DNA of 59,121 bases, the filler included, from Squatina squatina (lineage: Eukaryota), in NCBI GenBank assembly GCA_031763465.1. It is 4 parts of 4 records of this genome, joined end to end, with 100 filler letters (N's around TTAATTAATTAA, not from the genome) between each part and the next. Parts side by side here need not be neighbours in the genome. Positions count along the whole stretch, not along the records: positions 15,244 to 32,318 come from JARFOE010000016.1; positions 32,419 to 46,462 come from JARFOE010000234.1; 2 more parts are not named here. One strand, given 5' to 3'. Below, piece after piece: positions 26,096 through 38,303 of this stretch (position 1 is its first letter; each line of letters starts with the position of its first letter). Under the pieces are notes generated by a model that was given only the letters and a program-made list of their open reading frames with translations, had not been told where the DNA came from and did not search any database. Both the position numbers and the translations under genes were made by a program.

Positions 26096-27767
26096 TAATA
26101 TAGTCAGTACTTATAACTCCACAAGAAAAAAAATAACAAGCTGCTTTTCCTTCAGCTTTTCAACGCACTTCCTCCACAGCTGTAACATTTATGTTGAGCA
26201 CAATTTCCCTTCGCACCGATACTATAAGCAGTTATAAGGGGGCCAGCTCGAGTGGTCCCGAAATGGGCTGCAGCATTCGGGGCCCCAAAGCTGGGGGTGC
26301 TCCGCGCTGGCAGCAAGGCACTTGGTAACTTAGTCATCGCTCTGGGTCAGCGTAACTTGGCGACGTTGAACCAGCATTGCCACAGCGCTGACCCGGTGGT
26401 GACCCGGCCAATGGCGCATCACTTCCTGGTTACGCCAGCAGCCTGTCGTGAGTGACGCTGCTAGTGCAAGCGCGCATGCACGAGCTGCTGCCCCGCCCCA
26501 CCCCCCTCCCTTAAGGGCAAGGGCCCTGGGCTTTCTCCGAAGAGGTGGATTGACGGCCCACTCAGCCATCAGGTAAGTTAAAAAAAATGTCAAGGGTTCC
26601 GGCACGCCAGAGAGCGTGCTGGCAAGGGGCGGGGCGGGGGATGGTTCCGTGGGTTAGATCGAACGCCACACATCAACCGACAGGGACTTCAGCCCAAGGT
26701 AAATGATGTTGGCCGACAGTGCCGGCCCACATCTTTAAGGCGCCCAGGCTACGACAGGGGTTTGAGGGGAGGGAGGTCACCTCCACTTNNNNNNNNNNNN
26801 NNNNNNNNNNNNNNNNNNNNNNNNNNNNNNNNNNNNNNNNNNNNNNNNNNNNNNNNNNNNNNNNNNNNNNNNNNNNNNNNNNNNNNNNGGTCAAATTTGT
26901 ATTCTAAATGATCTTTGATCCATTAATCTGAAAAAGTGGTATCAAGCAAGTAAGGAGCAAATTCAGCAGCCTCCAAATGGCTCCACAGAATGTGATTGAT
27001 GATGTCGAGGTCACCTAGGTGTTGGTGGCAGCACAGTGCTACCAGTATTTCTCACCCTTTAGCACTGATCTTATCTCCAGTTGAAATTTATGACTGAATT
27101 AACATGCACTCAGCTGAAAGGCAGTGGAAGAGCACCTCCCTCCAAGGTTTCAAACACTTGAGAGTTTCACTTGTAGAGCTCTAAATTCCAGCCTTCTGCC
27201 CACAGAAGTGCTTATTTTCCCATTAAACTAATGCTGACATGAGCTACTTGGGGTCTTGAGGGAGCACTTTGCTGCTTTATAGAGACAAATTGCTACTCAG
27301 TGATGAGAATAATGGGCTTAGTAATAAGTATGTCGGTTGCACAAGATACTGTTTATGTATCACGAATTACATGCCTTGTAGGGGGAAAAAAGTTATGTTT
27401 GCTTAACCAGCTATATTTTGTACTTTGACAAAAATAAATTCTGTGTAGGTGCAAAATGATTTGAATCTGAGCCTCAATTGTTTATTCAACTTCTCTGTCC
27501 TCCTTCGAGGGGGGAGGGAGGCTCCAGTTTTAGTCAGCCTTTCTATATGGAGCACAGCACAATCTCAAGGGTGATTAAAGAAACTGTTGGGACCAGCCCT
27601 TCCCGCTTACCTCTTCTTTGATTCTCATGAAGCAACATTAATGAGTGTTGTGATTTATTATTCTACCTTCCAGGAAAAGGAAGCATGGCAGTAGGAAGCA
27701 GGAAATAATTACATGTAAAGTAGAAAAGAACAAACTCTTTGCCGAGTTCCTTCACCTTCCACTCCCG

Positions 27768-27830
27768 CTGCCCCGCCCCTCCACTGCCCCGCCCCTCCAC
27801 CTCCGCTGCCCCGCCCCTCCGCCCGCTGCC
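27768..27830. repeat. Short GC-rich tandem repeat, 3 x CTGCCCCGCCCCTCC (GC-box-like, G4-capable on - strand)
   Basis: Copies start at 27768, 27784 and 27806. Confidence 0.7.
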
Positions 27831-30800
27831 AACGCATCATTGATCTTTCCCACTTTTTTGTTTCTTCTTTGCTGTTCGCACATGAGATTCAGTTGGAGGG
27901 GTGTTAGCCAGACATCTGAACTGGTTGAACTCCCTTGACATTAGTTGCTTATGAATAAGCTACAAGGGGCATTGATATTTCTAACATTGTGCAGAAAATG
28001 TGTAACATGTAATTTTTGAATATAACTGAAGTTTAAAGTTTCTTTTCCCTCTGGGTAGATGCAGCTGGGTGATGTGATATGATTTGTCATGGAAACCAAG
28101 TCTAAATTTTTTTTAATTGTTAAGTAACATTTGATGCTGGTTTAATTACTAATTTTCTTCCAAGTAATTTTTGTATTTTTTTTCCCCCCTTTCCACTCTT
28201 TAGGTCTCCCCGTGATAGTACATTTCCTGTTCTCTCTACCAGCACTGCTGCAATGGTTAACTTCAGCCTCCCTGATCTAGAGAGGGGAAAATAAGCCAGG
28301 GTTGCCACTTCTGACAATGACCCAGTGACCCCTGTTACAAATATGCACTTGTTGATGCCAGATGAGGACATAGCTGGTGTGGTCTGCATCGTCAAACAGC
28401 CCTCTGGCACTCATAGTTCAGGCTGATGCATGAAGAAAGACCATCAGAGCACGTTATCAGGGAGCAACCAGTACGGATGGAACCGTAGCCCAAAGCTGCT
28501 GCCTTCAGAAGAGGGAAAAGAACACATATTAAAGTAATTGAGACACTAGCTATTAGGACCTTCTGAAATGACAGACAGTTTTTATAGAGAGGCTTTTTTT
28601 CAGATAAAACCGAAGTATCTTATCAGGGGCTGAATGTATTTAGTGAAAAGATTTGAACAGATGCTATCCCCATCTTCATGCTTTTTAAAATAACATACAT
28701 GATCTTTGAACTCCCCACGTCCTAATTTCCCTCCGATCAATCCATCTGGAAAGCTTTGTTAAGCCATTTTCACTCTTTACCAATGACCCTTTTTAAGCTG
28801 TCCCAGGCCAGTACTATTGCTGTTTTCTTAACAGCAACCAAACAAAAGCTGTTTAAATAACGTGGAGAAAATAAATGATTTAATAGCGCAAAAGCAGCCA
28901 AACCAATAGGACAGATTTTCATGCAAGNNNNNNNNNNNNNNNNNNNNNNNNNNNNNNNNNNNNNNNNNNNNNNNNNNNNNNNNNNNNNNNNNNNNNNNNN
29001 NNNNNNNNNNNNNNNNNNNNNNNNNNNNNNNNNNNNNNNNNNNNNNNNNNNNNNNNNNNNNNNNNNNNNNNNNNNNNNNNNNNNNNNNNNNNNNNNNNNN
29101 NNNNNNNNNNNNNNNNNNNNNNNNNNNNNNNNNNNNNNNNNNNNNNNNNNNNNNNNNNNNNNNNNNNNNNNNNNNNNNNNNNNNNNNNNNNNNNNNNNNN
29201 NNNNNNNNNNNNNNNNNNNNNNNNNNNNNNNNNNNNNCTTATATCCACACACAGCCGTTGTATCCTGTGTGGACCAGATGGCAATGAAGCTTCTAATTTT
29301 AACTGGACTGTAACCTCGTGTAAATGCCTTACAAAAAGAGCATCTTACAAGGTCCAGAGATTCCTTAGCTTCCAAAATCAGTACAAAATGTTGCTATTGT
29401 TGTTCTAAAAAATCTGCTCAAGTTCTTATCTTAGTAATTTCTTTGGTCAATTAGCATTAGTGCTAAAATTCTGATTTGAAATTTCTTCAATGTATATAAT
29501 TTGAGAGTATAAATCAATTTAATAGTCTGAAGTGTAAACAAAGTTGATAGTTCCTGAACGTGAAATTATATTAGGCTTTTTGAGTTAAATGTTAAAATGC
29601 AGTGAAAGCTACATATCTGGTTAGGATCGTAAATGTTTTGTTAGACTTGCAGTTTCCAGTGATGTCTGAGATAAACTTTAAACCAGATCTCTGTAAATAA
29701 TATTAGTCTGACAAGTTGGACAGCTTGACAGTATAGATGAGAATTTTTGTTGTATTCTTGACATGAACTGTACAAAACATCTCGAGATGTTTTATAACCC
29801 ACAGTACTCTCCTGTAGAAGGGATATTTGGCTGATGTGTTGCATATGTGTTCCAGACATCAAATGCTGGTTGGCGCAAAGAATAAAGGCTTGTCATATTG
29901 AGGAAAGTGAGTGGGAACAGGGCACATGTGCATTTATCCTTCTGCTAGGAGATAGGTGGGGAGGATAAGAGTATTTCCTGTTAAACATTTCAGACAGTTG
30001 AATGGTCAAGNNNNNNNNNNTAATTTGTAAGGAAACACTACTAATTCACAAATGACAAAGTCTCATGCACAAAACATTTAATTGATCCCTAAACATTATA
30101 AATGGAGATATTTGTACATTCTCCTCTACACATCCTTACTCCTGATGCCCTATTTTATGCTTTATTTAGGATCGCTGATTACAGGCAGACAGTTTTTGAA
30201 GCACTCCCTAATGCTATGACATCATGAAGTTCTGAAAGAAGTTGATTATTTGCTGGGTAGTTCCTATATTCAGCTCTCGTACTGTATGCGCGAGTTGCCT
30301 GCTCGAATCCCAGAAGCAAATGTAGCTGGTTACATTCTCCAAATTCAAGTTGATTGCCTTATTAAATTTTTCCTTCCAGGTTTCATGTCTCCAAGCTGTG
30401 CAGCGGGCGTGATGCACACCCGCATGATGCAATCTCAAGTCGACTATTTAACGGGCCGTGAGAGGTATTTAATATGGATTCCTAACAAACAAGACCAGCA
30501 CCCACATTTAATGCTGCTTCCATTGAATTACTGTTGGATGCTGTCAGGAGCGGGAGGGAAATCAATTTCCACAGCACTGGGAGGAAGAAACCTGCTCCTG
30601 GTACCAAGAAGGCGNNNNNNNNNNNNNNNNNNNNNNNNNNNNNNNNNNNNNNNNNNNNNNNNNNNNNNNNNNNNNNNNNNNNNNNNNNNNNNNNNNNNNN
30701 NNNNNNNNNNNNNNAGGCTATGTTTTAAATGTTGTTATATGATGTAATGAGAGCAATGAACAATAGTGTTTTTTTTACATTTTGTTTGAAGTGCTACTGG

Positions 30801-32318
30801 ATGTATTAATCATTTCATAGTAACAGAAAACTGCCTTTATTGTATCTGGTCAGTTTTATTGCAGTTAGTCAGTAAAATTATTGTTTGGAATTAGCATGTT
30901 TCTGTAGGTTGTATGATTGCCATAGTAACCAGCAGATCTTTATTGTCCTTTGATACTGTGGGCCTCACAGCTGTTCAGTTACCCTTCAAAGGACATTTGT
31001 GTTGGTCAAACAAAGATGCTTAGAAGCAAATTCCACCACTCTTGTATTTTAAGACCGTATTTTCTTCATGTTGTGTCTGACTGAAAAAATTTGTCTATTA
31101 TTAAACTGAGTGAAACATTTTGCACTCAAATTTTCACACGCTTGTCACCTGTCTATTTTAGATTCTCTACTATTGCTTAAAAAGAGGAGTATTATATAAA
31201 TGTAAGGAAAGCTACTAGCTAACAACGACTCAATCTCCTTTCATGAGCCAAACTTCAAACCAACAAACAAGTTTGACTCTGGGAACTTCTTCAAAGGAAG
31301 TGCAAACATTTCTAATTAGTTTGACTTTTTGTGAAATTTTGTTACCATAAGGAGAATTTGGCAAGATGGATTAAAATGAATTGTCTTTTTTATGCTTGTT
31401 GTGAAGCCTTTGAACTTCGCCTTGTTTTATCTACATGGCAGTTATAAACCAGTTCAGCTGTGGTGTGCATAGTAACTTGCTGAGATACTGAGAGTGAAAA
31501 GGGGAGGTAAAGAAAAACAGGGTTGGATTGACATAACGAGGGGGGAAAAAAAGGCCAGTTCTACATTCATTAAAAGAAACCAAAACAGTTACGTCTGAAA
31601 GAGATCAATGTAAAATAATCATTAAGCAAAAGTGTTACAAGAANNNNNNNNNNNNNNNNNNNNNNNNNNNNNNNNNNNNNNNNNNNNNNNNNNNNNNNNN
31701 NNNNNNNNNNNNNNNNNNNNNNNNNNNNNNNNNNNNNNNNNNNTAAAATGTAAATAAGGAATTTCCCAAACGTTCCCCTGGTATTGCAGAGGCTACAGTT
31801 AGCAACGTGTATTAATTTGGGGAAATACTAAGGGGAAGGGAAAACACACTTCTTGCCACGGAATGGCAAAATACCCAGCCACTCACTCTGACTTTAGACA
31901 ACATTTTAATTGTAACACATCTGTCGAAATATTTAGCAACAATTCTGGCAGCTCTTGGGCAAAATAAATACCGAAGTGAAAGTTAAACTGGTTCCCCCCC
32001 ACAGGCGGAGTTAAGGAGAATAAACAGATAGATCTGCACAACATTGCAAAATGAAATTTGAAAAAAAAAATCTTTGTATAATACAGAATACATAAGTAGT
32101 TTCATTGGGCTGATAAATAAGGTGCTGATAGACATGCTGAGCCTTTGAATCTTAAAACTCCAGTCCCATGTGCATTGCCTCATCTTCTCCATGTTCAGCT
32201 AATCCGCAAAACTGGATTTAAGTTCTCTAGGTGGGCCAGATTATTGCTGCTATCTGAAAGCTGGTGACTGAATGCTTTGTCTTTGTTATTCCATCCTCTG
32301 GTTTGTGTTTAATCTGAT

Positions 32319-32418
32319 NNNNNNNNNNNNNNNNNNNNNNNNNNNNNNNNNNNNNNNNNNNNTTAATTAATTAANNNNNNNNNNNNNNNNNNNNNNNNNN
32401 NNNNNNNNNNNNNNNNNN
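32319..32418. other. Artificial scaffold-joining linker (44N-TTAATTAATTAA-44N)
   Basis: 12-mer at 32363-32374. Confidence 0.95.
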
Positions 32419-32755
32419 CTGGACTCAATATCTACCCATCCATCACTGTGGCTGCAATGTGTACAATTTACACAATGTGCTGCAGCAACTCACTGCAGTT
32501 ACTTCGACAGCACCTCCCTTCCTTCTGTCACCCAGGAACACAAAAAGCAATGCCATGGGAACGCCATCACCTCCAGGTTCCTCTCCAAGCCCTCTATTGT
32601 TCCTTTATTGTTGATAGGTTAATATCCTGGAATTCCCTCCCTAATACCATTATGGGAGCACTATCACCACAAGGACTGCAGCAGCTCCAGAAGGCCCACC
32701 AACACCAACCATTTCAGAACAACTATGCATGGGCAATAAGCAAGGATAATTTTTA
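32419..32755 (+). mobile_element. Diverged 3' end of CR1-group LINE
   Basis: Homologous to 15244-15455 and to the reverse complement of 48180-48540. Confidence 0.7.
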
Positions 32756-32807
32756 AAAATGAACTAAATTGTTATCAAATTCAACAGCCTTTTTTGTTAG
32801 GCCCTAC

Positions 32808-33056
32808 CTGACAGGGATGGAGGTGAAAGGTTTTTTGTAGATGTCTGTCAGTTTCTCCAGGACCACCAGTGCAGTAGTGAATATGCGGTAGGTGTGGAGG
32901 AAGGTATTGAGGAAATCAATGCTGAGAAAGCGCAGATCAGTCAGTCTCTCCAGCAGCCGTTCCACACTAGCGTAGCGAATCTGTGGCACTTTACAGGAGT
33001 TCAGTGTCTTACTGAAGCAGATATCAATATCATCGCTGTGAAGTCGGATATCAGAT
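32808..33056 (-). CDS. RASGRF2: RASGRF2 internal exon (REM/RasGEF-N domain start; human exon 14 equivalent), 249 nt
   Basis: TTTCCTCAG acceptor, GTAGGG donor; [61 protein letters not shown]...[10 protein letters not shown]. Confidence 0.93.
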
Positions 33057-34416
33057 CTGAGGAAAGTAATGATTTTTTAAAATTCATTTCACAAATCCTT
33101 TTTAATATGTGAATGATACTTCATTGAGTGTAATAATATAAGAAAGCTATTGATTGCAGGCTTGATTGATAGATGCTTAAATACACCAGCAAACAAATCC
33201 ATGTGCTTTCTTTATTTATGACTTCACCGCTGCCAGTAAATCTGATTAACTGACTGCCATGATGTCAGCACTGTGTGGCTTTAATTTCATGGTTATCAAG
33301 TCTTCTTTAGATTGATTTGTTTTATTAGCTATCATCATCTTTCTAACAGTGTCCTGCAATGAATATACCCAGACAGGATTGTATGGTTGCCTGGATTTTG
33401 TGGTTTTTATTTTCAGATAGGTCTGATATTGAAACCCCAGTACATGCTGCTGGGACCATAATGTGTGGGCTGCTCTGTGTGCTAGCAGGGTAGAGAGCTG
33501 GGGTTAGAAATTCAGTAAGGCCCGAAAATGGACGGTAGTACTGCGGAGTGAGATTTGCTCATGCCTTTTTACAAAACGCAGGCAGCACATTATTTTGGTG
33601 TTGCCTGCTGATTTGAATGATTTTAGTGCACAGCCCAGTGAAGAGCGCGTTGCTTCAGGCTGTGCGCTCAGTAGGAGGCCCAATGTCGCATTGCAGCAGC
33701 NNNNNNNNNNTCTTTCCAAACTAGGCAGTCTTCAGCTCTTAAAGCTGAACTGCGTTCTGCATGTAAAAAAGATTAAAAGTGCTTCAGCACTAACACAAAT
33801 GGCTCACCACGTCGGGGAAAGGGCATCCAAGGTCTCGTACACAGCACTCCAGCTTTGTGCAGGGGATCAACACTGGAAGAGAGGTCCTCTACATACAGGG
33901 GGCCAGGAGGCCCTTCCAGAAAGAAGGATGTGGAACCAGATTGCCGCTCAGTCACTGCCAATAGTGTCACCCCCAGGACCTGGCTCCAGTGCCCAAAANN
34001 NNNNNNNNNNNNNNNNNNNNNNNNNNNNNNNNNNNNNNNNNNNNNNNNNNNNNNNNNNNNNNNNNNNNNNNNNNNNNNNNNNNNNNNNNNNNNNNNNNGC
34101 CTTAGCAACACTAAGGTTAAAAACAAAGTTAGGTGTGAGTGAGCATCTCTGCCAAACTTCTCCGACCAAGATATTTTGCCCCCATGGGTTCTAAAACATT
34201 GCTGCCAGCGTGGGTGTCAAGTGCACAATGGCCAAGTAACGTCGCAGAAAAAAAAACAGAACAGTAATGTAACCACACACTGCAGAATCCAGGCCACTGT
34301 GTGAGTAATATTCACTGAATTGTATAGCAGTCAAACGTTCAAAAAATAAGTGAATAAGTGCATCGGAAACCCTGGTTATAATTCCTTGTGAAAGATTTTG
34401 GTCATGAAATTACTGG

Positions 34417-34588
34417 GGGCAATTTTCACCTTCACCACCTCATTGGTAATCTAGTAGAGTGGATCGCCCATCCTTTGTAGAACCCGCTCGATTTTGGAAT
34501 TAATGGGATGAAATTTGGACGTATTCTAGAACAGACAGGAGATCTAAATGTCATTGATTGCCATCCAGTGTGAAGGTGAAAATTACCC
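34417..34588. mobile_element. MITE-like foldback element with 19-bp TIR
   Basis: GGGCAATTTTCACCTTCAC (34417-34435) versus GTGAAGGTGAAAATTACCC (34570-34588), one mismatch; related copies near 92-193 and 18371-18498. Confidence 0.72.
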
Positions 34589-35119
34589 TTGCTGTGTGCA
34601 AAGATTTGCATACAAATGCTTGATATTTTCATATCAGATTTCTTTCTATTATTTTAACAGACACATCAATCTGTAAATGGGTTATGCCTCTGCAAAAATA
34701 GTGAGGAAAGGAATTTGATAGCTATGTGTTAAGTGCTCAAACACTAATCTTTGTTCAGAGTATTTTCAGGCCAATGTCAGAACATTGGGAAGTTGGGTTT
34801 CTAGAGTAATAATAATAAAATTAAGAAAAATATACCCAATAGAAACAAAAACAACATTTCTTCAGCCTTTACTTACTGAATCAGAATAGGCAATATTCTA
34901 ATGAGGCATCATCATCATCAACATAGGAAACCTGTCAGTCAAAAGACTTACATGACGTTAAGTCAGCCAAATTTTGGTTACACAGCAATGATGTGAGAGT
35001 CTGGTACTGAACCCTGTGAAGCCTCTAAAATCCAGAGGTCTATACCTGACATTCTACATGGCTATGCCTGTGTAACTGATAGGTTACACTGAATGTTTAT
35101 CTGCGGAGTTGAATTTTAC

Positions 35120-35313
35120 CTGAAACATGGGATATGTAAGAAAGGTCTCCAGCATCCGCCCCTCACATGCTGGGTTTGATTCATACTGTTTCAGCAGCTT
35201 GTCGAAATCCCTGTTTTGCTTACAGTTTGCTAATACCTGCAGACTGTACTGGTGGTTCCTGACAAACTCTTGGTAAATATTCAGCATAGGCAACAAAATG
35301 TCAAATAAGTCAG
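35120..35313 (-). CDS. RASGRF2: RASGRF2 internal exon (DH domain; human exon 7 equivalent), 194 nt
   Basis: TTTCCAG acceptor, GTAAAA donor; [64 protein letters not shown]. Confidence 0.95.
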
Positions 35314-36004
35314 CTGGAAAAGGAAACAAAGTCATTAAATTTAATCAGAGCAGCTGTTTCACATACTTTTAATGGCGACTGCAGGAACAAGATTATTTAG
35401 TATCCATGGAAACAGTACAATCTGCACAATCTTAATATCTCCTATCTCTGTAACAACTAGAGAATACTTACTTACATCTTGAAGATTCATAGTCTATCTG
35501 AAATGCCTCATTGAGATGTGATTTCCTAAGCTATTCTGTTTTCAGTTAAACTACAGCCTGCTGTCATTTTGTTCTTTCGAAGAACCTCACAGGTTTTTTG
35601 TTAGAAAGGAAATGGATTGGCAGTGCCTGATTAACACCACCGCTTCTAATCAGCAACCAGGATGTCATAAATACTGCCTAAAAGAATGTTGTGACTTTGT
35701 GTAAAGCTACAAATATGTAATATTAACTCTTCACAAACTCGGAAAGCTTCTCCTTCACATCACTGTGAGCGGAACAGCCAAATCTTCCATGGGGGAGGGT
35801 GTCCACACACATGGTCATAACACAGGGCAAAACAGTGTACTCACCAAGAGCAATGCCACGGGAGGTCGAAGTGAAGGGACTGAGGCATCCAAGCCTAGGT
35901 CCTCAGTTTAAGGACAGTAATTTAGGAAGTAGAATACATAAAGAGGAAAGCAAAATCAAAGCAAAGGAAAGAATAAAATGCTTATGGAGGCATCAAAGTA
36001 ACAG

Positions 36005-36130
36005 TAAAGGGATCGTCGCTGAGCTGTGGGGAAAGAGCAGAGGATTGGGTCTGATTGGACAGCTCTTTCAAAGAGCTGACACGGGCACAATGGGCCGAAT
36101 GGCTTCTTTTGTGCTGTACAATTGTATGAA
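36005..36130 (+). mobile_element. CR1 LINE 3' tail
   Basis: TGGGGAAAGAGCAG..GATTGGACAGCTCTTTCAAAGAGCTG..ATGGGCCGAATGGC..TGTGCTGTA; reverse-complement homologue of 18688-18830. Confidence 0.7.
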
Positions 36131-38155
36131 AAACTGGAGAAAAACAGGCCTTGACGGAAAACAGATCCATGAACAAACTCCAGGGTCAGCGAGTGAGATC
36201 AGCTTTGTACCAGAAAGAGCTCAAAGAATTCATAAAATTTAATAAACAGAGTTGACTGAAGAAAAAGGTGTGTTGGAGCCTATATTTATGAAGCGTTAGG
36301 AGCATTGCCTTGAATTGCCTCCCCTAATTCTGCTCCCAGCTGTTCTCTCCTCTCCTCACACCTGTGAATCTTCTTGGGACACTTTGCTGAAGGCTCTATG
36401 TATTTGTGAGTTGTAATGTAGATGTGTATGGAGACATTCCGTTCCACACCAAACACTGACCAGACCTTGGCAACCCAACCTCAAAAAAGAAACAAAACAA
36501 AAAATCAGTTTAAGGAGTTTTGCCTGAAGCCTCCCGACAAGTTGGAAGGTTTAACGAAAAAATATCAACCGTAGAATCTTTTTCAGAACTGTACCAGTGG
36601 TGTTGCCCGTGGAGATTTGGGAGGAAGCGAACTTGCATTCGCATTCGCGATGCTGCAGGTGTGGGGACCTGGGGCTTATGAAATTAGATACTTGCAGAAG
36701 TGTATAGCTGCAGGTGTGCATGTGCATCAGGCAGCCTTATAATCGGAACATCCCATCTAGATACATGACAGAATGGTGATGTCCAAATAGGGAGTGTGGC
36801 CGTCCATGGCAAATTTAATATATTTGATTAGTCGCGATTGCTAGCTTATATTACACAAACAAGCAATGATCTGTGTTGGTAATTGCTGCAAAGGCATGTA
36901 GTACTGGAGTTTTGTCAGCAATTGTCTTCAAAGAGGTTTGATTTGTCTTTGAACATCCTGCAAGACTTGGAATAGTGTCCTTATTTCTCCAACAGAGATC
37001 TGATTTCAAGTTCAGTCAGTATACCTTGGTATGGTTTAAAATAAATGGAGTGCAAAATCTTTGTGTATTGCCCCAATATTGATGTAGAAATATGAAAGTT
37101 AGTCTCCGCAGGTATTAATGTCATCTACTGAGAGCAGAACTAACATCATTTTTCACTCTATGCACTGAGACCTTGGCTCCCTGCTCCAACTNNNNNNNNN
37201 NNNNNNNNNNNNNNNNNNNNNNNNNNNNNNNNNNNNNNNNNNNNNNNNNNNNNNNNNNNNNNNNNNNNNNNNNNNNNNNNNNNNNNNNNNNCTGTCACCG
37301 CTGAACTTACCAGCTGGAAACGCGGCCAAATTGTTGGGCGGGCGGCCATCTTGGGCACTGCGCCCAATGATGACGTCACGCCCACTGTCTTCTGCCAAGC
37401 GCCGCGTTTCCAGCGATCCCGGGCCTACGCTCTTTTAGCACCCGGGATCGGAGTCCACGAAATGGTGAGCGAACGACTTAACGCAGAAAATTGGCGTTAA
37501 GTCGCGAACGCCCATTTCGCGCTACTTTAGCGCGGGCATTAGCGGACTAATTGGCTGCCCTTAGAGTGTAATCCTTTGTAGAATATCATTTGTAGTTTTT
37601 TTCTCTTTATCTCTCTTTTGGATGCTGACTGATACTGTGCACGTCCATTATTGTGTTTTTTTAATTTTTCATTATTATTTTGGTTTTTGGATGGATTCTC
37701 CCTTAAAAATGTCAGAGCATTTGTGTAAAGCCATGAGACATCCCTCTGTGTATGGTTACCTTCTCACTCTTACATCTTCTGATATATCTTCATTATCAAA
37801 ACATAAGACATGTGATTGTTGTCTGTGCTCCCTGGCAGTCTTGATTGACTTCCATGGTAGCAAAACTGGGATTGAACCTTCAGACTGAGCTTTACAAATG
37901 TCTGAACTTTGGTTCTCCAAATCAAATGGAAAACCAAGTGTATCAAGCTCTTAGTATAGACGTTAGCAGAGTATTTAGTTTAACACAACTCACCCTCGTC
38001 ACCGTTCAGATTGCTGTAAATACTGCAGATCTACGAGTACTGCATGCAGTAAAGCCACTGGGTGCGGCGTGCAATAGATCTGAGCAAAGCACGATGCAGA
38101 AAAAAACACCAGTACATGAAAAAAAAAGTATTTTCTGCTTATTAGGATGACACAC

Positions 38156-38303
38156 CTCAGCTTTCAATCTCTCGATTTCAGTGTCTTGATCCTCAAGTTG
38201 TTGTCGGAGCTGATGAGCTGCAATTTTCTCCGTTTCCACTATCTGAACCAGATGAATATACTTCTGCATCAATACTTCTCGCTCAATTACAATATCACAG
38301 TAA
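38156..38303 (-). CDS. RASGRF2: RASGRF2 internal exon (coiled coil after PH1; human exon 3 equivalent), 148 nt
   Basis: TTTTCTCCTAG acceptor, GTGTGT donor; [49 protein letters not shown]. Confidence 0.95.

Noticed and set aside
28770-29375. 201-aa ORF
   Set aside because: About half of it is N-derived X residues.
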